This document shows, piece after piece, positions 1 to 9,781 of a stretch of DNA of 64,000 nt. The stretch's first letter is position 1. Each line of letters begins with the position of its first letter. The position numbers and the translations under genes were made by a program. This stretch comes from Candidatus Omnitrophota bacterium (GTDB taxonomy: Bacteria > Omnitrophota > Gorgyraeia > Zapsychrales > Zapsychraceae), in NCBI GenBank assembly GCA_020429915.1, contig JAGQKV010000012.1, positions 65,737-129,736 on the forward strand, in the 5' to 3' direction. Under the pieces are notes generated by a model, which saw only the letters and a program-made list of their open reading frames with translations, searched no databases and was not told the DNA's origin.

Positions 1-238
1 TCATGGCTGCATAGTCGCAGATTTCTCCCGCGGCTTGATGCAGGGCCCGAAAATCATCTTCGCTGGTAAAGAAGCAGTAAGCCCAACACTCCCAATCAAT
101 TGCGTACCCCAGCTCACGGGACACCCGGCGTACTTCCGACGGGGGATAATATTTCTTCTTTCCGTGCCGCCGGACCAGTCCCTCGCCGACATCACTGAGG
201 TATTTCTTTTTGTCATCCGGTTCAACCTGACAAGCCAT
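1..238 (-). CDS. Partial hypothetical protein whose 3' end runs off the window. It is read in a different frame from track ORF 1..225 and begins MACQVEPDDKKKYLSDVGEGLVRRHGKKKYYPPSEVRRVSRELGYAIDWECWAYCFFTSEDDF...
   Basis: Manual reverse-complement translation from the ATG at 238 gives a protein-like sequence. GGAGG lies 5 nt upstream. There is no stop before the window edge. The competing track ORF 1..225 translates as low-complexity junk. Confidence 0.45.
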   Translation of the reverse strand, partial: MACQVEPDDKKKYLSDVGEGLVRRHGKKKYYPPSEVRRVSRELGYAIDWECWAYCFFTSEDDFRALHQAAGEICDYAAM

Positions 239-249
239 GGGACCTCCGC

Positions 250-630
250 TTAAATTTGCTGGTTTTGGTCCACGGCGTGTTCCTGCAGCCAATCCAGCGG
301 CACGTGCGCGAGTGCCGCTTCGTGAGTAGCTTCCAGCACCACTTGCGGGGCCATACCCGCTTCATAGGCTTCCTTCCAGCGCAGAACGCACACGCACCAT
401 TGGTCACCGGGAATCAGGCCGGGGAAATCCATTTCCGGATGGGGCGTGCTCAGATCGTTTCCGACCGCTTTGGAGAAGGACAGGAATTCCTCATTGATCC
501 GGACACAAACGGTATGCCGCCCGAAATCTTCCGGTCCGGTACGGCAGTATCCGTCACGGTAAAAACCGGTCATCGGAAACTTGCAGCACGGCTGAAGCCG
601 GGTGCCCAGGACATTTTTTTGCTCAGTCAT
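250..630 (-). CDS. DUF2237 family protein
   Basis: MTEQKNVLGTRLQPCCKFPMTGFYRDGYCRTGPEDFGRHTVC...GNDLSTPHPEMDFPGLIPGDQWCVC matches the conserved DUF2237 pattern. GGAAGGA RBS sits before the ATG at 630. The track ORF is extended upstream to 711 with no support. Confidence 0.7.
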   Translation of the reverse strand: MTEQKNVLGTRLQPCCKFPMTGFYRDGYCRTGPEDFGRHTVCVRINEEFLSFSKAVGNDLSTPHPEMDFPGLIPGDQWCVCVLRWKEAYEAGMAPQVVLEATHEAALAHVPLDWLQEHAVDQNQQI

Positions 631-667
631 ATTTTTCCTTCCCCCTCTTCCACAGTTCGGTCGGTTA

Positions 668-1270
668 CTACCGATCGAGGATCTCGAACTCCTCCACCCA
701 GACCACTTCACATGAGCCGGCTCCGGTGTCGTTGCGACTCAGCGAAGTGTACCACTTCCACCCGTCGTTCCGGTAAACGTTGACCAGATAACCCGCGATC
801 TCGACCACCTGACCGCGTCCGACGCGGTTCAATTCCTTAAAAATCTCTTCACTCGCCGGCAGCATATGCATATTGCCGCTATGGCGCAGGAGTTGCCGGT
901 GAGGGATCGGCGGGGCGCGGTTGTAATTAATAAAGTACCAGCGGTCATTCTGCGTAATTTTGACCTGACTGAGCACATCGTCATCCGACATGGGCCCCCA
1001 TCCCAGGGCGAGGTCCATCGGCGACAGTTTCGCCTCGATTCCGAGCTTATAGTTCTTCTTGGCGAGTACCCGCGCCTTGATCCGGAATTCGGCCTTTGGG
1101 ACAATCTTGAAATCCTGGACCAGGATGGGTTTTTGGCGGATTTTCCGCTGCACCGGCTCCTCGACGACCAGCATTCCGGGGCCGTGATATTCCCAGCTGT
1201 TATAGATGTGATTATAAACCGCGACGCCGATCAGAATCACGCCGCAGAGGATCAGGATTTCTCGGGACAT
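668..1270 (-). CDS. Membrane-anchored hypothetical protein
   Basis: 200-aa ORF with an N-terminal hydrophobic helix (ILILCGVILIGVAVY). No recognisable catalytic motif. Confidence 0.55.
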   Translation of the reverse strand: MSREILILCGVILIGVAVYNHIYNSWEYHGPGMLVVEEPVQRKIRQKPILVQDFKIVPKAEFRIKARVLAKKNYKLGIEAKLSPMDLALGWGPMSDDDVLSQVKITQNDRWYFINYNRAPPIPHRQLLRHSGNMHMLPASEEIFKELNRVGRGQVVEIAGYLVNVYRNDGWKWYTSLSRNDTGAGSCEVVWVEEFEILDR

Positions 1271-1404
1271 GGCTCAATTTGGGGTTAATCAATCAACTCA
1301 CCGTACGGATGACCGCCCACTCTGAAGTCATCAGCATGACACAACAGGTCCCGATAGTCAATCTTGGCCAACCGGATCATGTCCATCGGCTGATGGTCGT
1401 ACAG

Positions 1405-1770
1405 CTAATCGATCGTATTTTTTTCCCGAAAGTTTCCGAAAATTGATCCCACGAAATTAGCAACCAAAATGACCAAAATTTCGCCGACCGCATAGAATTC
1501 GTAGCGCCCTCCGTACTGAATCATCAGGTCCCGACCCACAAAGGGATCATTGCAAACCAGGATCGCCCGGGAGGAAAACAGAATGGTGAGCACCACCGTC
1601 AGAAAAACAAAGCGGGGGAAAAACACATTCAGGGTAAACCCGATCAGACCCAGGACAAGGGCATAGACCAGAATCGTGCGGGGCAAAACGATCTTCTGCG
1701 TAATCGAGGCCCAGGCCGGTCCGTTCATCAAAAAGAAACAACATATCGTCATCAATACTTTTCGCCACAT
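1405..1770 (-). CDS. Small integral membrane protein, about 4 TM helices
   Basis: 121-aa ORF that is hydrophobic throughout. Confidence 0.5.
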   Translation of the reverse strand: MWRKVLMTICCFFLMNGPAWASITQKIVLPRTILVYALVLGLIGFTLNVFFPRFVFLTVVLTILFSSRAILVCNDPFVGRDLMIQYGGRYEFYAVGEILVILVANFVGSIFGNFREKNTID

Positions 1771-1849
1771 ATCTTCACCCAGGTGTTTAGCGGATTCCTA
1801 ATAGTATACCCGAATCATGTCGGTAGGCAAATGATCATCCTGCCGGGGC

Positions 1850-2440
1850 TCAGCCACGACCCGAGGCCTTCACCAGCACCGTCCGGGCATCGGAAATAAA
1901 CTCATCCAAACGCTCGTCCTCGTCGATAAGTTCATAGACAGTGAAGCGCAGTGATTTATTCTTGATGGAAAGCGTGACGCGTTGGCGCCGCCATTTCAGG
2001 AACAGGGACTGAAGGTCTGCGGTGAGGAATTCGCGGATCGGATTCTTTTCCGGCCCCCGGACGACGAAGTCCGAATCGAATTCGGGCCGGATGATGTCAA
2101 TATCTTGTGACCCCCAGCGCTTGCCGAAAGCGGGTAGCCCGTCCTCCGCTCCGATACTCACCTCCACCGCGAACGGTGAATCCATCTCAACGGCCAGGGA
2201 GGTTTGGGCGGGGGATCTCCTGCCGGGATAAGACAGGCTCAGGCTGACCGGAATCCCATCCAGGTCAAATCCGACGTAGTAAGGAACACCGACAATCGAC
2301 TTCACGGCCCCGTCGTAACGCAGCGCAACACCGGTCAGGAGGTAATTGACACCCCGCCGCCTCCGGCGGATCAGCGGGATCGCGATAAAGACCGGCAAAA
2401 TGTAAAACACCAGGGCCCACCACGCCCAAAATTTGTCCAT
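1850..2440 (-). CDS. Membrane-anchored hypothetical protein
   Basis: 196-aa ORF with one N-terminal TM helix followed by RRRRR. Co-directional with its neighbours. Confidence 0.5.
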   Translation of the reverse strand: MDKFWAWWALVFYILPVFIAIPLIRRRRRGVNYLLTGVALRYDGAVKSIVGVPYYVGFDLDGIPVSLSLSYPGRRSPAQTSLAVEMDSPFAVEVSIGAEDGLPAFGKRWGSQDIDIIRPEFDSDFVVRGPEKNPIREFLTADLQSLFLKWRRQRVTLSIKNKSLRFTVYELIDEDERLDEFISDARTVLVKASGRG

Positions 2441-2449
2441 CCCGGCCTC

Positions 2450-3208
2450 CTAGCGTTCCGTGGCGATATAATCGCCGACGATCCGCCCGTGATCAAAGGC
2501 GAAATCCGCTCCCAACAGGTCGTGATAGCCAATAATCTTGAGCGCCTGGGCGTCGTCGCCGCTGCGCGGCTCGCCCATGCCCGTCCCGATAAAAACCGTC
2601 GTGGAGGTCTCAAAACGCGGATCGCGTCCGGGCTGATCATACACCCCGAATTCTCGCAGGCCGCCGAGATCCAAATTGGTCTCCTCCTTGGCCTCCCGCC
2701 GCGCCGCGGTCTGGGCATCCTCTCCCGGGTCAATAAATCCACCCGGCAACGCCCATCCGTAGGGCGGATTGGAGCGCTCGATCACCACCAGCCCCTCCGG
2801 ACGCTCGATAATCAGATCCACGGTATGATACGGCTCCCGTCCCAGATCGATTTCCAGATGCTTAATATATCCTTCGAAAGTATCCTGATATTCCTCCAGA
2901 TTTTGTCCTCCGTCGACGTTAATGACGATATGCTCCAGACCGCTGTCGCCGGCCTTAAGTATCCGGCGGATCTCCTGAGCGACGATGCGGGCCACACCTC
3001 CGATAGGAAAATCGGGGTAACGGTTGTCGAGGCCGGACATTTCAAACAATTTTTCCTCGCGTTCGGCTGCGCGCCGCAGGATATCCCGCACCCGGTCGCG
3101 GACAGGGCCTTGGGCCTTTACCAGTTCGGGGCCCTCCATCCCGACGGCTTTCTTGTCAGGGGTTCCATCCTTTAAAGCGAACGTGATCTCGGTTCCGCGT
3201 AAATTCAT
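2450..3208 (-). CDS. NUDIX hydrolase with an uncharacterised N-terminal extension of about 140 aa
   Basis: Nudix box GGFIDPGEDAQTAARREAKEETNL (GX5EX7REUXEEXGU). Overlaps cca by 4 nt. Confidence 0.8.
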   Translation of the reverse strand: MNLRGTEITFALKDGTPDKKAVGMEGPELVKAQGPVRDRVRDILRRAAEREEKLFEMSGLDNRYPDFPIGGVARIVAQEIRRILKAGDSGLEHIVINVDGGQNLEEYQDTFEGYIKHLEIDLGREPYHTVDLIIERPEGLVVIERSNPPYGWALPGGFIDPGEDAQTAARREAKEETNLDLGGLREFGVYDQPGRDPRFETSTTVFIGTGMGEPRSGDDAQALKIIGYHDLLGADFAFDHGRIVGDYIATER

Positions 3209-4635
3209 GCTGCGTCCTTTGCTATTTTCTTGGCCAATGCTATGGCCTCGATTTTGGTCTTGATTTTTCCGAGTGAATGCCGTTCCTGAATCTGCGCCAG
3301 GATTTCGCCGATCAAGGGCGAACCGGACACCTTCAAGGCCTTCATGATGTCATGCCCGTTCACCAACGGGACGTACGGTTCTTCTTTTTGCTTATGAAGA
3401 AACTCTTCAATCAGCTGAAGACATATCGCCTCATGATGCCGTTGGTCATCTTCGGTGGTCATCGGCCCGCGTGTCGAACGCTGATCCGCCCACGATAACA
3501 GCGCAATCGCCGCCGCCTCCTCGTCCGTATCGCGAAAATACCGGTACAGCATGCGCGGGCTCGGCCGCTTGTAATTGGAGATGTAACCCGGCCGCATGTG
3601 CCACTGGACCATATCCTCGACGCTATGCCGTTCGTGGGTTGACAATTTCAGCATCCGGCATACCGCCGTCGCGATGCGCCGCCCGACATGTTCATGCCCG
3701 TGGAAAGTGAGCCGCTCGCCCACGCGCTTGCGCGTATCCGGCTTGCCGATATCATGCAACAACCCGGCCAGCTTGATGAGCGCGCGGCGGGAATGTCCGC
3801 CGCCGACCGTCTCATCGAGATAAACCTGAAGTTCCGGATTATCGACCTTGGCGATCAGTATATCCAGCTGACGGACGACCTCAAGCGAATGCGGCCATAC
3901 GTCCAGATGATGATAACCGCCCTGACGACAGTCAAACATCACCCGCACCTGCGGAATCACGCGCTCCAAAAGCCCCACGCGGTCCATCGCCTTGAGAATT
4001 TCCGCGGTCTTGGACGATTCGAGAACCTTAAAGAATTCTTCGCGCACCCGTTCCGGCGACACGTCGCGGATGCGGTCCTTTTCCTTGCGGATTTGATTCA
4101 AAGTCTTGAGCTCGATCTTAAAGCCGAGATTCGCCTTCAGACTGAAGGCGCGCATCATCCGCAGCGGATCGTCCGTGAGCGACCGTATGGATGTCCGCTT
4201 GATGCGCCTGTCCGCAATGTCCTTCCGGGCCCGTTTAACATCAATGATTTGAACCTCAAGTTCATCTCCCTCCGTCAAGGCGTTCAGATCCACAGCCAGG
4301 GTATTGATGGTAAAATCGCGCAAACCGAGGTCGGCGACAAGATCCTCCCCACGGTAACCGGCAAAATCATAGGTAAATAATCGGCCGCCGGTCTTCTTGG
4401 CCACCCGCGCGCACTGATGATCTTCATCCAGAAGGATATACTTACCGCGAATCTCCCGGGCAAACGCCTCGGCCAGCACCAGAGGCCGCCGGTCGACGGC
4501 AAAGTCCAAATCGTTCAGCGGCCGCTTGAGCAAATAGTCTCGCAGGCACCCGCCCACCAGATGCACCTGCAGACGGCGCTTTTTGGCAAGAGCCTGTAAC
4601 GTTTTAAGGACCGGATATTCAGCTAATAGGTTCAT
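3205..4635 (-). CDS. cca: CCA tRNA nucleotidyltransferase with HD domain
   Basis: N-terminal GGCLRDYLL...DLDFAV polymerase-beta head domain. Central HD motifs (LLHDIGK, HGHEHVG). Confidence 0.9.
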   Translation of the reverse strand: MNLLAEYPVLKTLQALAKKRRLQVHLVGGCLRDYLLKRPLNDLDFAVDRRPLVLAEAFAREIRGKYILLDEDHQCARVAKKTGGRLFTYDFAGYRGEDLVADLGLRDFTINTLAVDLNALTEGDELEVQIIDVKRARKDIADRRIKRTSIRSLTDDPLRMMRAFSLKANLGFKIELKTLNQIRKEKDRIRDVSPERVREEFFKVLESSKTAEILKAMDRVGLLERVIPQVRVMFDCRQGGYHHLDVWPHSLEVVRQLDILIAKVDNPELQVYLDETVGGGHSRRALIKLAGLLHDIGKPDTRKRVGERLTFHGHEHVGRRIATAVCRMLKLSTHERHSVEDMVQWHMRPGYISNYKRPSPRMLYRYFRDTDEEAAAIALLSWADQRSTRGPMTTEDDQRHHEAICLQLIEEFLHKQKEEPYVPLVNGHDIMKALKVSGSPLIGEILAQIQERHSLGKIKTKIEAIALAKKIAKDAA

Positions 4636-4720
4636 GGCAAAAAAAAGAGCAGCGAGTAAAGCCGGACATCGATCCGCGCTTCAACGCGCTACTCTGACAG
4701 ATATCGATTGCGGGCCGGTC

Positions 4721-5125
4721 TCAGTTCTTGAAGATGACCGCCTGTTTGATCACGTCTTCGGCCACGTAAATCTCGGCCCCGGTCCGCACCGCGAGCGCCA
4801 CTCCGTCGGAGGGACGCGAGTCGACCAGAATTTTCTTGCCGGTTTTGGTCTTCAATTCCAACTTGGCGTGAAACGTATTGTTATGCATTTTATCGATGAT
4901 CAGACTGTTGAGTTTTGCGCCGAGACTCTCAATCACCGAGGCCAGCAAATCATGCGTCATCGGCCGCGGGGGAATCACCCCGGACAGTTTCATTTTGATA
5001 CTGGAGGCCTCCAGAAAACCGATCACGATCGGGAATTGGCGTTCCCCTTCCTTTTCTTTGAGAACGATAATCTGATCCTGTCGTTTTTCGTCGATGATAA
5101 TTTTGCTGAGTTCAACTTGTATCAT
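4721..5125 (-). CDS. Bifunctional nuclease (DUF151/BFN) domain protein
   Basis: 134-aa ORF with the typical BFN pattern (ILVDSRPSDGVALAVRTGAEIYV). Confidence 0.75.
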   Translation of the reverse strand: MIQVELSKIIIDEKRQDQIIVLKEKEGERQFPIVIGFLEASSIKMKLSGVIPPRPMTHDLLASVIESLGAKLNSLIIDKMHNNTFHAKLELKTKTGKKILVDSRPSDGVALAVRTGAEIYVAEDVIKQAVIFKN

Positions 5126-5148
5126 AAAACCTTCTTTACGGTCGTTGA

Positions 5149-5637
5149 TTAATCGGATGACGTCTTGGCTGATTTGCCGATCTTTTCTTTGTCCAGCATG
5201 CCCTTCAACTCCTGCATGAACTGATTGACGTCACGGAATTGGCGGTAAACCGATGCGAAACGCACATAGGCGACCTCATCGAGCCGCGCCAGTTTTTCCA
5301 TCATGATTTCACCGATATCCTGCGTATGGACCTCACGGTCAAAATTCTTTTGTACGTACCGCTCGACTTCATTCACCAGGGCTTCGATAGTATCGATACT
5401 GACCGGTCGCTTCTCACAGGCCTTCAAGAGACCGGAAATGATCCGCTTGCGATCAAATGGCTGCCGGCGGCCGTCGCGCTTGATAACCATCAACGGGACC
5501 TGCTCGACGAATTCGTACGTCGTGAAGCGGTGCTGACATTTCAGACATTCGCGGCGGCGGCGCACCGAATTCCCTTCTCCACTGAGACGCGAGTCGATAA
5601 CCTTGGTTTCTTTATAGTTGCAGGACGGGCACTTCAC
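5149..5637 (-). CDS. nrdR: Transcriptional repressor NrdR
   Basis: [19 protein letters not shown] zinc ribbon plus an ATP-cone. Confidence 0.95.
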   Translation of the reverse strand: MKCPSCNYKETKVIDSRLSGEGNSVRRRRECLKCQHRFTTYEFVEQVPLMVIKRDGRRQPFDRKRIISGLLKACEKRPVSIDTIEALVNEVERYVQKNFDREVHTQDIGEIMMEKLARLDEVAYVRFASVYRQFRDVNQFMQELKGMLDKEKIGKSAKTSSD

Positions 5638-5647
5638 AATGCGATCC

Positions 5648-6925
5648 TTAATACACCAGTCCGGGATAGACCGGATATTTTTGCGTCAGCTGTTCCACCT
5701 CGCGGATAACCGCGTCGAGTTCCACCTGATTGTTGCGGTTAGTCATGGCGCGGTCCATCAAACCGGCAATCACGCGCATATCGTCTTCCTTCATGCCGCG
5801 CGAAGTCACCGTGGGCGTCCCGATACGCAGACCGCTGGTCACCGTGGGCTTCTCCGGATCGAAGGGAATCAAATTCTTGTTCACTGTAATGCGCACCGAA
5901 TCAAGTACCGCGGCGGCTTCATTTCCCTTGATATTTTTCGGCCGAAGGTCCATCAGGAAAAGGTGATTGTCGGTGCCGCCGGATACGATCCGGTAACCGA
6001 GACGGCTGAACTCCTCGGCAAAAACGGCCGCGTTCTTCACCACTTGCCGTTGGTACTCCTTGAATTCATCGGTGAGCGCCTCTTTAAAGGCGATCGCCTT
6101 GGCCGCGATGACGTGCATCAGCGGACCGCCCTGGGTACCCGGAAATATGCGGGAATTGATCTTCTTAGCCCACTCCTCCCGGCACATGATGATCCCGGAA
6201 CGCGGACCGCGCAGTGTTTTATGCGTGGTGGTGGTCACAAAGTCGGCGTACGGAACCGGGTTGGGGTGAAGGCCGGCCGCGACCAGTCCGGAAATGTGCG
6301 CCATATCCACCATCAGCAGCGCGCCCACCGAATCGGCTATTTCGCGAAATTTCTTGAAGTCGATGATACGCGGATAGGCCGACGCGCCGGTCACCACCAT
6401 CTTGGGTTTGTGCTCCTTGGCCAGGGCGGCAATGGCGTCATAATCGAACCGCTCGGTTTCCTTGTCGACATGATACGACACAAAATTATAAGAGAGCCCG
6501 GAAAAATTGATCTTCAAGCCGTGTGTCAGATGCCCGCCGCTAGCCAAGTCCAACGCCAACACCGTGTCGCCGTAGTCAAGCGCCGCCAGGTAGACTGCCG
6601 CGTTCGCCTGCGAACCCGAGTGTGGTTGCACATTGACATGCTCAGCCCCGTACAATTCCTTGGCCCGGGCGATCGCCAGCTCTTCGACGACGTCCACGTA
6701 TTCACAACCGTCGTAATAACGTTTATGGGGATAACCCTCGGCATACTTGTTGGTCATGACCGAGCCCTGAGCCTCCATGACCGCAAGGGAAGTGATATTT
6801 TCCGACGCAATTAATTCAAGATTGTCGCGCTGTCGTTTCAGCTCGTGACAGAGCGCCTCATAAACCTCGGGATCTGTTTCCTGGATATGCTTCATGACTT
6901 GCCTCTTCTCTACTGTCGTACTCAC
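5648..6925 (-). CDS. glyA: Serine hydroxymethyltransferase
   Basis: [11 protein letters not shown]...HLTHG..K SHMT signatures. The ATGA overlap with the rpiB stop supports a start at 6925. Confidence 0.95.
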   Translation of the reverse strand: MSTTVEKRQVMKHIQETDPEVYEALCHELKRQRDNLELIASENITSLAVMEAQGSVMTNKYAEGYPHKRYYDGCEYVDVVEELAIARAKELYGAEHVNVQPHSGSQANAAVYLAALDYGDTVLALDLASGGHLTHGLKINFSGLSYNFVSYHVDKETERFDYDAIAALAKEHKPKMVVTGASAYPRIIDFKKFREIADSVGALLMVDMAHISGLVAAGLHPNPVPYADFVTTTTHKTLRGPRSGIIMCREEWAKKINSRIFPGTQGGPLMHVIAAKAIAFKEALTDEFKEYQRQVVKNAAVFAEEFSRLGYRIVSGGTDNHLFLMDLRPKNIKGNEAAAVLDSVRITVNKNLIPFDPEKPTVTSGLRIGTPTVTSRGMKEDDMRVIAGLMDRAMTNRNNQVELDAVIREVEQLTQKYPVYPGLVY

Positions 6926-7389
6926 GGGTTGCTGTTTAGCACCTTTCCCTGTTCCATATCACGGATCAGATTGATGCGTCGCTCATGCCGTCCGCCCTCG
7001 AACGGGGTGGTCAGCCATATCCGGATGAGTTCAGGCAGTTCATCGGGGTCGACGAACTTGGAACTGAGAACCAGGACATTGGCGTTGTTGTGTTCCCGGG
7101 ACAGACGCGCCGCTTCGGTATTATAGCAAAGGGCCGCGCGAATGCCATCCACCTTGTTGGCCGCGATCGATTGTCCGATCCCGGACATACATACAAGGAT
7201 TCCCCGGCTTCCTTCCGCGGACAATACGCCCCTGGCGACTTTCTGGGCGATGACGGGATAATCACAACTGGCCGTGGAATTGGTTCCAACGTCTTCCACC
7301 GCATAGCCCAACTCACCGACGATGGTTTTGATGGTGCTCTTAAAATCGATCCCGCGGTGGTCCGCCCCGATATAAACCTTCACAGCCAA
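6922..7389 (-). CDS. rpiB: Ribose-5-phosphate isomerase B
   Basis: [17 protein letters not shown]...[16 protein letters not shown] RpiB/LacAB family. Confidence 0.9.
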   Translation of the reverse strand: MAVKVYIGADHRGIDFKSTIKTIVGELGYAVEDVGTNSTASCDYPVIAQKVARGVLSAEGSRGILVCMSGIGQSIAANKVDGIRAALCYNTEAARLSREHNNANVLVLSSKFVDPDELPELIRIWLTTPFEGGRHERRINLIRDMEQGKVLNSNP

Positions 7390-7405
7390 CTCCTTATCCT
7401 GATAC

Positions 7406-8470
7406 CTACAATAAACCGACGACCTTCTGAACGGCCTGTTCGATCACACTCATACAAAATTGATATTCACTCCGGTCCCGTCCGATCGGATCCGGAATAT
7501 CGAGGTCCGCCAAAAGACTGCCCGGCTCGGCGGCAAATTCTTTCAGCAAATACACACGCTTTTCAACTTCCGGCATCCTTTCTAAAACCTGTTGGCGATG
7601 GGCCCGGGTCATGACAAAAATGAGGTCCGCCTTGCGCAGAAGGATGGTATTAATCGGCTGTGACAGATGCCCGCTGGCATCGATGCCTTTTTCCCCCAAA
7701 ACCATCAGCGTGTCCGCGCTCGCCTTGGCCTGCAGGAAGACACTGGTTCCCGCCGAGCAGACTTCAATGTGCGGTTTATCCCGCACCAAGTGTTGCAAAA
7801 GGTAATGAGCCATAACCGACCGGCAGCTGTTGCCGGTACACACGAACAAAATAGTTTTCAGCCCGCCCATTTTTTGAATCTCTGCCGCCGGGATCACACC
7901 TTCGCGCAGGACCTTCGGCTGATCCGAGGTAACATCCACCACCGTTGACCCGTGGCCGTATTGAGTCTCACCACCGTCAATCGCCAAATCCACTTGTCCG
8001 TCCAAGTCGACCAAGGCCTCCTGCAACGTGCGCGGCGCCGGTTTTCCTTCCAGATTTGCAGACGGAACAGCCACCGGAGTCTGGACCTCGGCAACCAAGC
8101 GGCGGGCGATCTCATGGTTCGGGACCCGCACGCCGACGGTGCGCCCCGGATCGCGGGCTTCGACGACAACGGTCAACGGGCCGGGCCAAAACCGGTCAAT
8201 GAATTTGTAAAGCAACGTCTTCTGGGAACGTGTGTAATTGGAAATGAGCTCCGGTTGGGAAATCATGATCGTCAGCGGCTTGTCCGGAGCGCGGTTTTTG
8301 ACCTTACGCAGACGGGCAACGGCATCGGGATTGGCAAAATCGGCGGCTATTCCGTAAACTGTTTCGGTCGGGAACACGACCAGACCGCCATTACGGATGA
8401 CCGACGCCCCTCTGAAAATCGCGGCCGGTTCGGGAAACTCGGGATGTAAGGTGAGTATTTCTGTCTTCAA
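7406..8470 (-). CDS. tsaC: L-threonylcarbamoyladenylate synthase (TsaC/YwlC) fused to a low-molecular-weight protein tyrosine/arginine phosphatase (YwlE-like)
   Basis: N-terminal YrdC/Sua5 fold (VVFPTETVYGIAAD). C-terminal CTGNSCRS P-loop characteristic of LMW-PTPs. Confidence 0.85.
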   Translation of the reverse strand: MKTEILTLHPEFPEPAAIFRGASVIRNGGLVVFPTETVYGIAADFANPDAVARLRKVKNRAPDKPLTIMISQPELISNYTRSQKTLLYKFIDRFWPGPLTVVVEARDPGRTVGVRVPNHEIARRLVAEVQTPVAVPSANLEGKPAPRTLQEALVDLDGQVDLAIDGGETQYGHGSTVVDVTSDQPKVLREGVIPAAEIQKMGGLKTILFVCTGNSCRSVMAHYLLQHLVRDKPHIEVCSAGTSVFLQAKASADTLMVLGEKGIDASGHLSQPINTILLRKADLIFVMTRAHRQQVLERMPEVEKRVYLLKEFAAEPGSLLADLDIPDPIGRDRSEYQFCMSVIEQAVQKVVGLL

Positions 8471-8485
8471 CGCAACCTTATCGTT

Positions 8486-9781
8486 CTAACGTTTCTGGCT
8501 GGGCTGCTCCATGTGGATGAAGGCCTTGGCGCCGATATCCCTGCGGAAAAAGCACTTATCGAACTTAATCTGCTCGACCGCGGCATAAGACTGGTCAATG
8601 GCCTTTTGCAGATTGGCTCCCAACGAAGTGACCCCCAGGACCCTTCCACCGTTGGTCACCACCTTGCCGTCGACAAGCTTGGTGCCGGCATGAAAAACGA
8701 CGGTCTTGTCGTGCCCGTTAAAAGCATCCAGTCCGGTGATCTCAAAACCGTTCTTATATTCACCCGGATATCCTCCGGAACTCATCACGACGCACACGCA
8801 GGCCCGGTTGTCCCAGTCGAGTTCGAATTCGTTCAGCCGTTCCTCACAACTGGCCAAAAGCACCGGCACCAGGTCATTCTTCAACCTGGGCAGGACCACC
8901 TGCGCTTCGGGATCACCGAAGCGCACGTTGTATTCAAGAACATAGGCCCCCTGCTTGGTGATCATCAACCCGACGTACAAAATTCCCTTGAAAGGCGCGC
9001 CTTCGCGGTTCATGCCGCGAATGGTGGGCTCAATAATGCGCGCTTCGATCTTGTTGAGCAATTCCCGTTTGATTATCGGCGCCGGGGAATAGGCCCCCAT
9101 CCCTCCCGTGTTGGGCCCCATATCGTCGTCGAAAATCCGCTTGTGGTCCTGGGATGAGGCCAGCATCACATAATCCTGCCCGTCGCAAATCGCCAGCAAC
9201 GAAGCCTCTTCGCCTTCGAGACATTCCTCGACGACGACCTTGTTTCCGGCTTCCTTGAAGACCTTATCCTGCATGATTTGCTCAAGGGCCTTATGGGCCT
9301 GGGCGATATCTTCACAAATAATCACACCTTTGCCGGCGGCCAGTCCGTCGGCCTTGATAACGAGCGGATACTCGGCACGTTCGGTATAATCGACGGCTTC
9401 ATGATAATTGTCGAAAGTTTTGAAGGAAGCCGTCGGAATATTGCACTTGTGCATAAATTCCTTGGCGAAAACCTTACTGCCTTCCAACAGGGCGGCGGAC
9501 TTGGTGGGACCGAAAATCTTCAGACCGCTGGCCGTGAAGTAATCGACGATCCCCTTTACCAGCGGGGCCTCCGGACCGACGATCGTCAGATCAATGCGTT
9601 TTTGGGAGGCGAAATCAAGCAGGCCTTCAATATCGTCCGCCGGGATATCAACGCACTCGGCCAAACCGGCAATCCCGCCGTTTCCCGGGGCGCAATAAAT
9701 CTCTTTGACCAGCGGACTTTGCTTGATCTTCCAGGCCAGAACATGCTCGCGGCCTCCGGAACCGATGATGAGTATTTTCAT
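8486..9781 (-). CDS. purD: Phosphoribosylamine--glycine ligase
   Basis: MKILIIGSGGREHVLAWKI ATP-grasp PurD. Confidence 0.95.
   Translation of the reverse strand: MKILIIGSGGREHVLAWKIKQSPLVKEIYCAPGNGGIAGLAECVDIPADDIEGLLDFASQKRIDLTIVGPEAPLVKGIVDYFTASGLKIFGPTKSAALLEGSKVFAKEFMHKCNIPTASFKTFDNYHEAVDYTERAEYPLVIKADGLAAGKGVIICEDIAQAHKALEQIMQDKVFKEAGNKVVVEECLEGEEASLLAICDGQDYVMLASSQDHKRIFDDDMGPNTGGMGAYSPAPIIKRELLNKIEARIIEPTIRGMNREGAPFKGILYVGLMITKQGAYVLEYNVRFGDPEAQVVLPRLKNDLVPVLLASCEERLNEFELDWDNRACVCVVMSSGGYPGEYKNGFEITGLDAFNGHDKTVVFHAGTKLVDGKVVTNGGRVLGVTSLGANLQKAIDQSYAAVEQIKFDKCFFRRDIGAKAFIHMEQPSQKR

Noticed and set aside
1-225. Track ORF 1..225(-) as the terminal gene
   Set aside because: An alternative frame with an RBS gives a far more protein-like translation (see feature 1..238).
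2204-3175. 323-aa plus-strand ORF antisense to the NUDIX/cca genes. Similar long antisense ORFs include 5618..6814, 8513..9157, 12754..13731, 21375..22676, 22863..24794, 25092..25901, 37103..38212, 46787..48376 and 54232..55023.
   Set aside because: These are shadow ORFs expected in about 60% G+C DNA. Their translations are Arg/Pro/Gly-rich, low-complexity, and carry no motifs or RBS. In every case the opposite strand carries a confidently identified gene.
4636-4720. T8 run preceded by an imperfect stem between the BFN gene and cca
   Set aside because: The stem has two mismatches in 10 bp and the T-run abuts the cca ATG. It may be a weak terminator or attenuator, but the evidence is insufficient to call.
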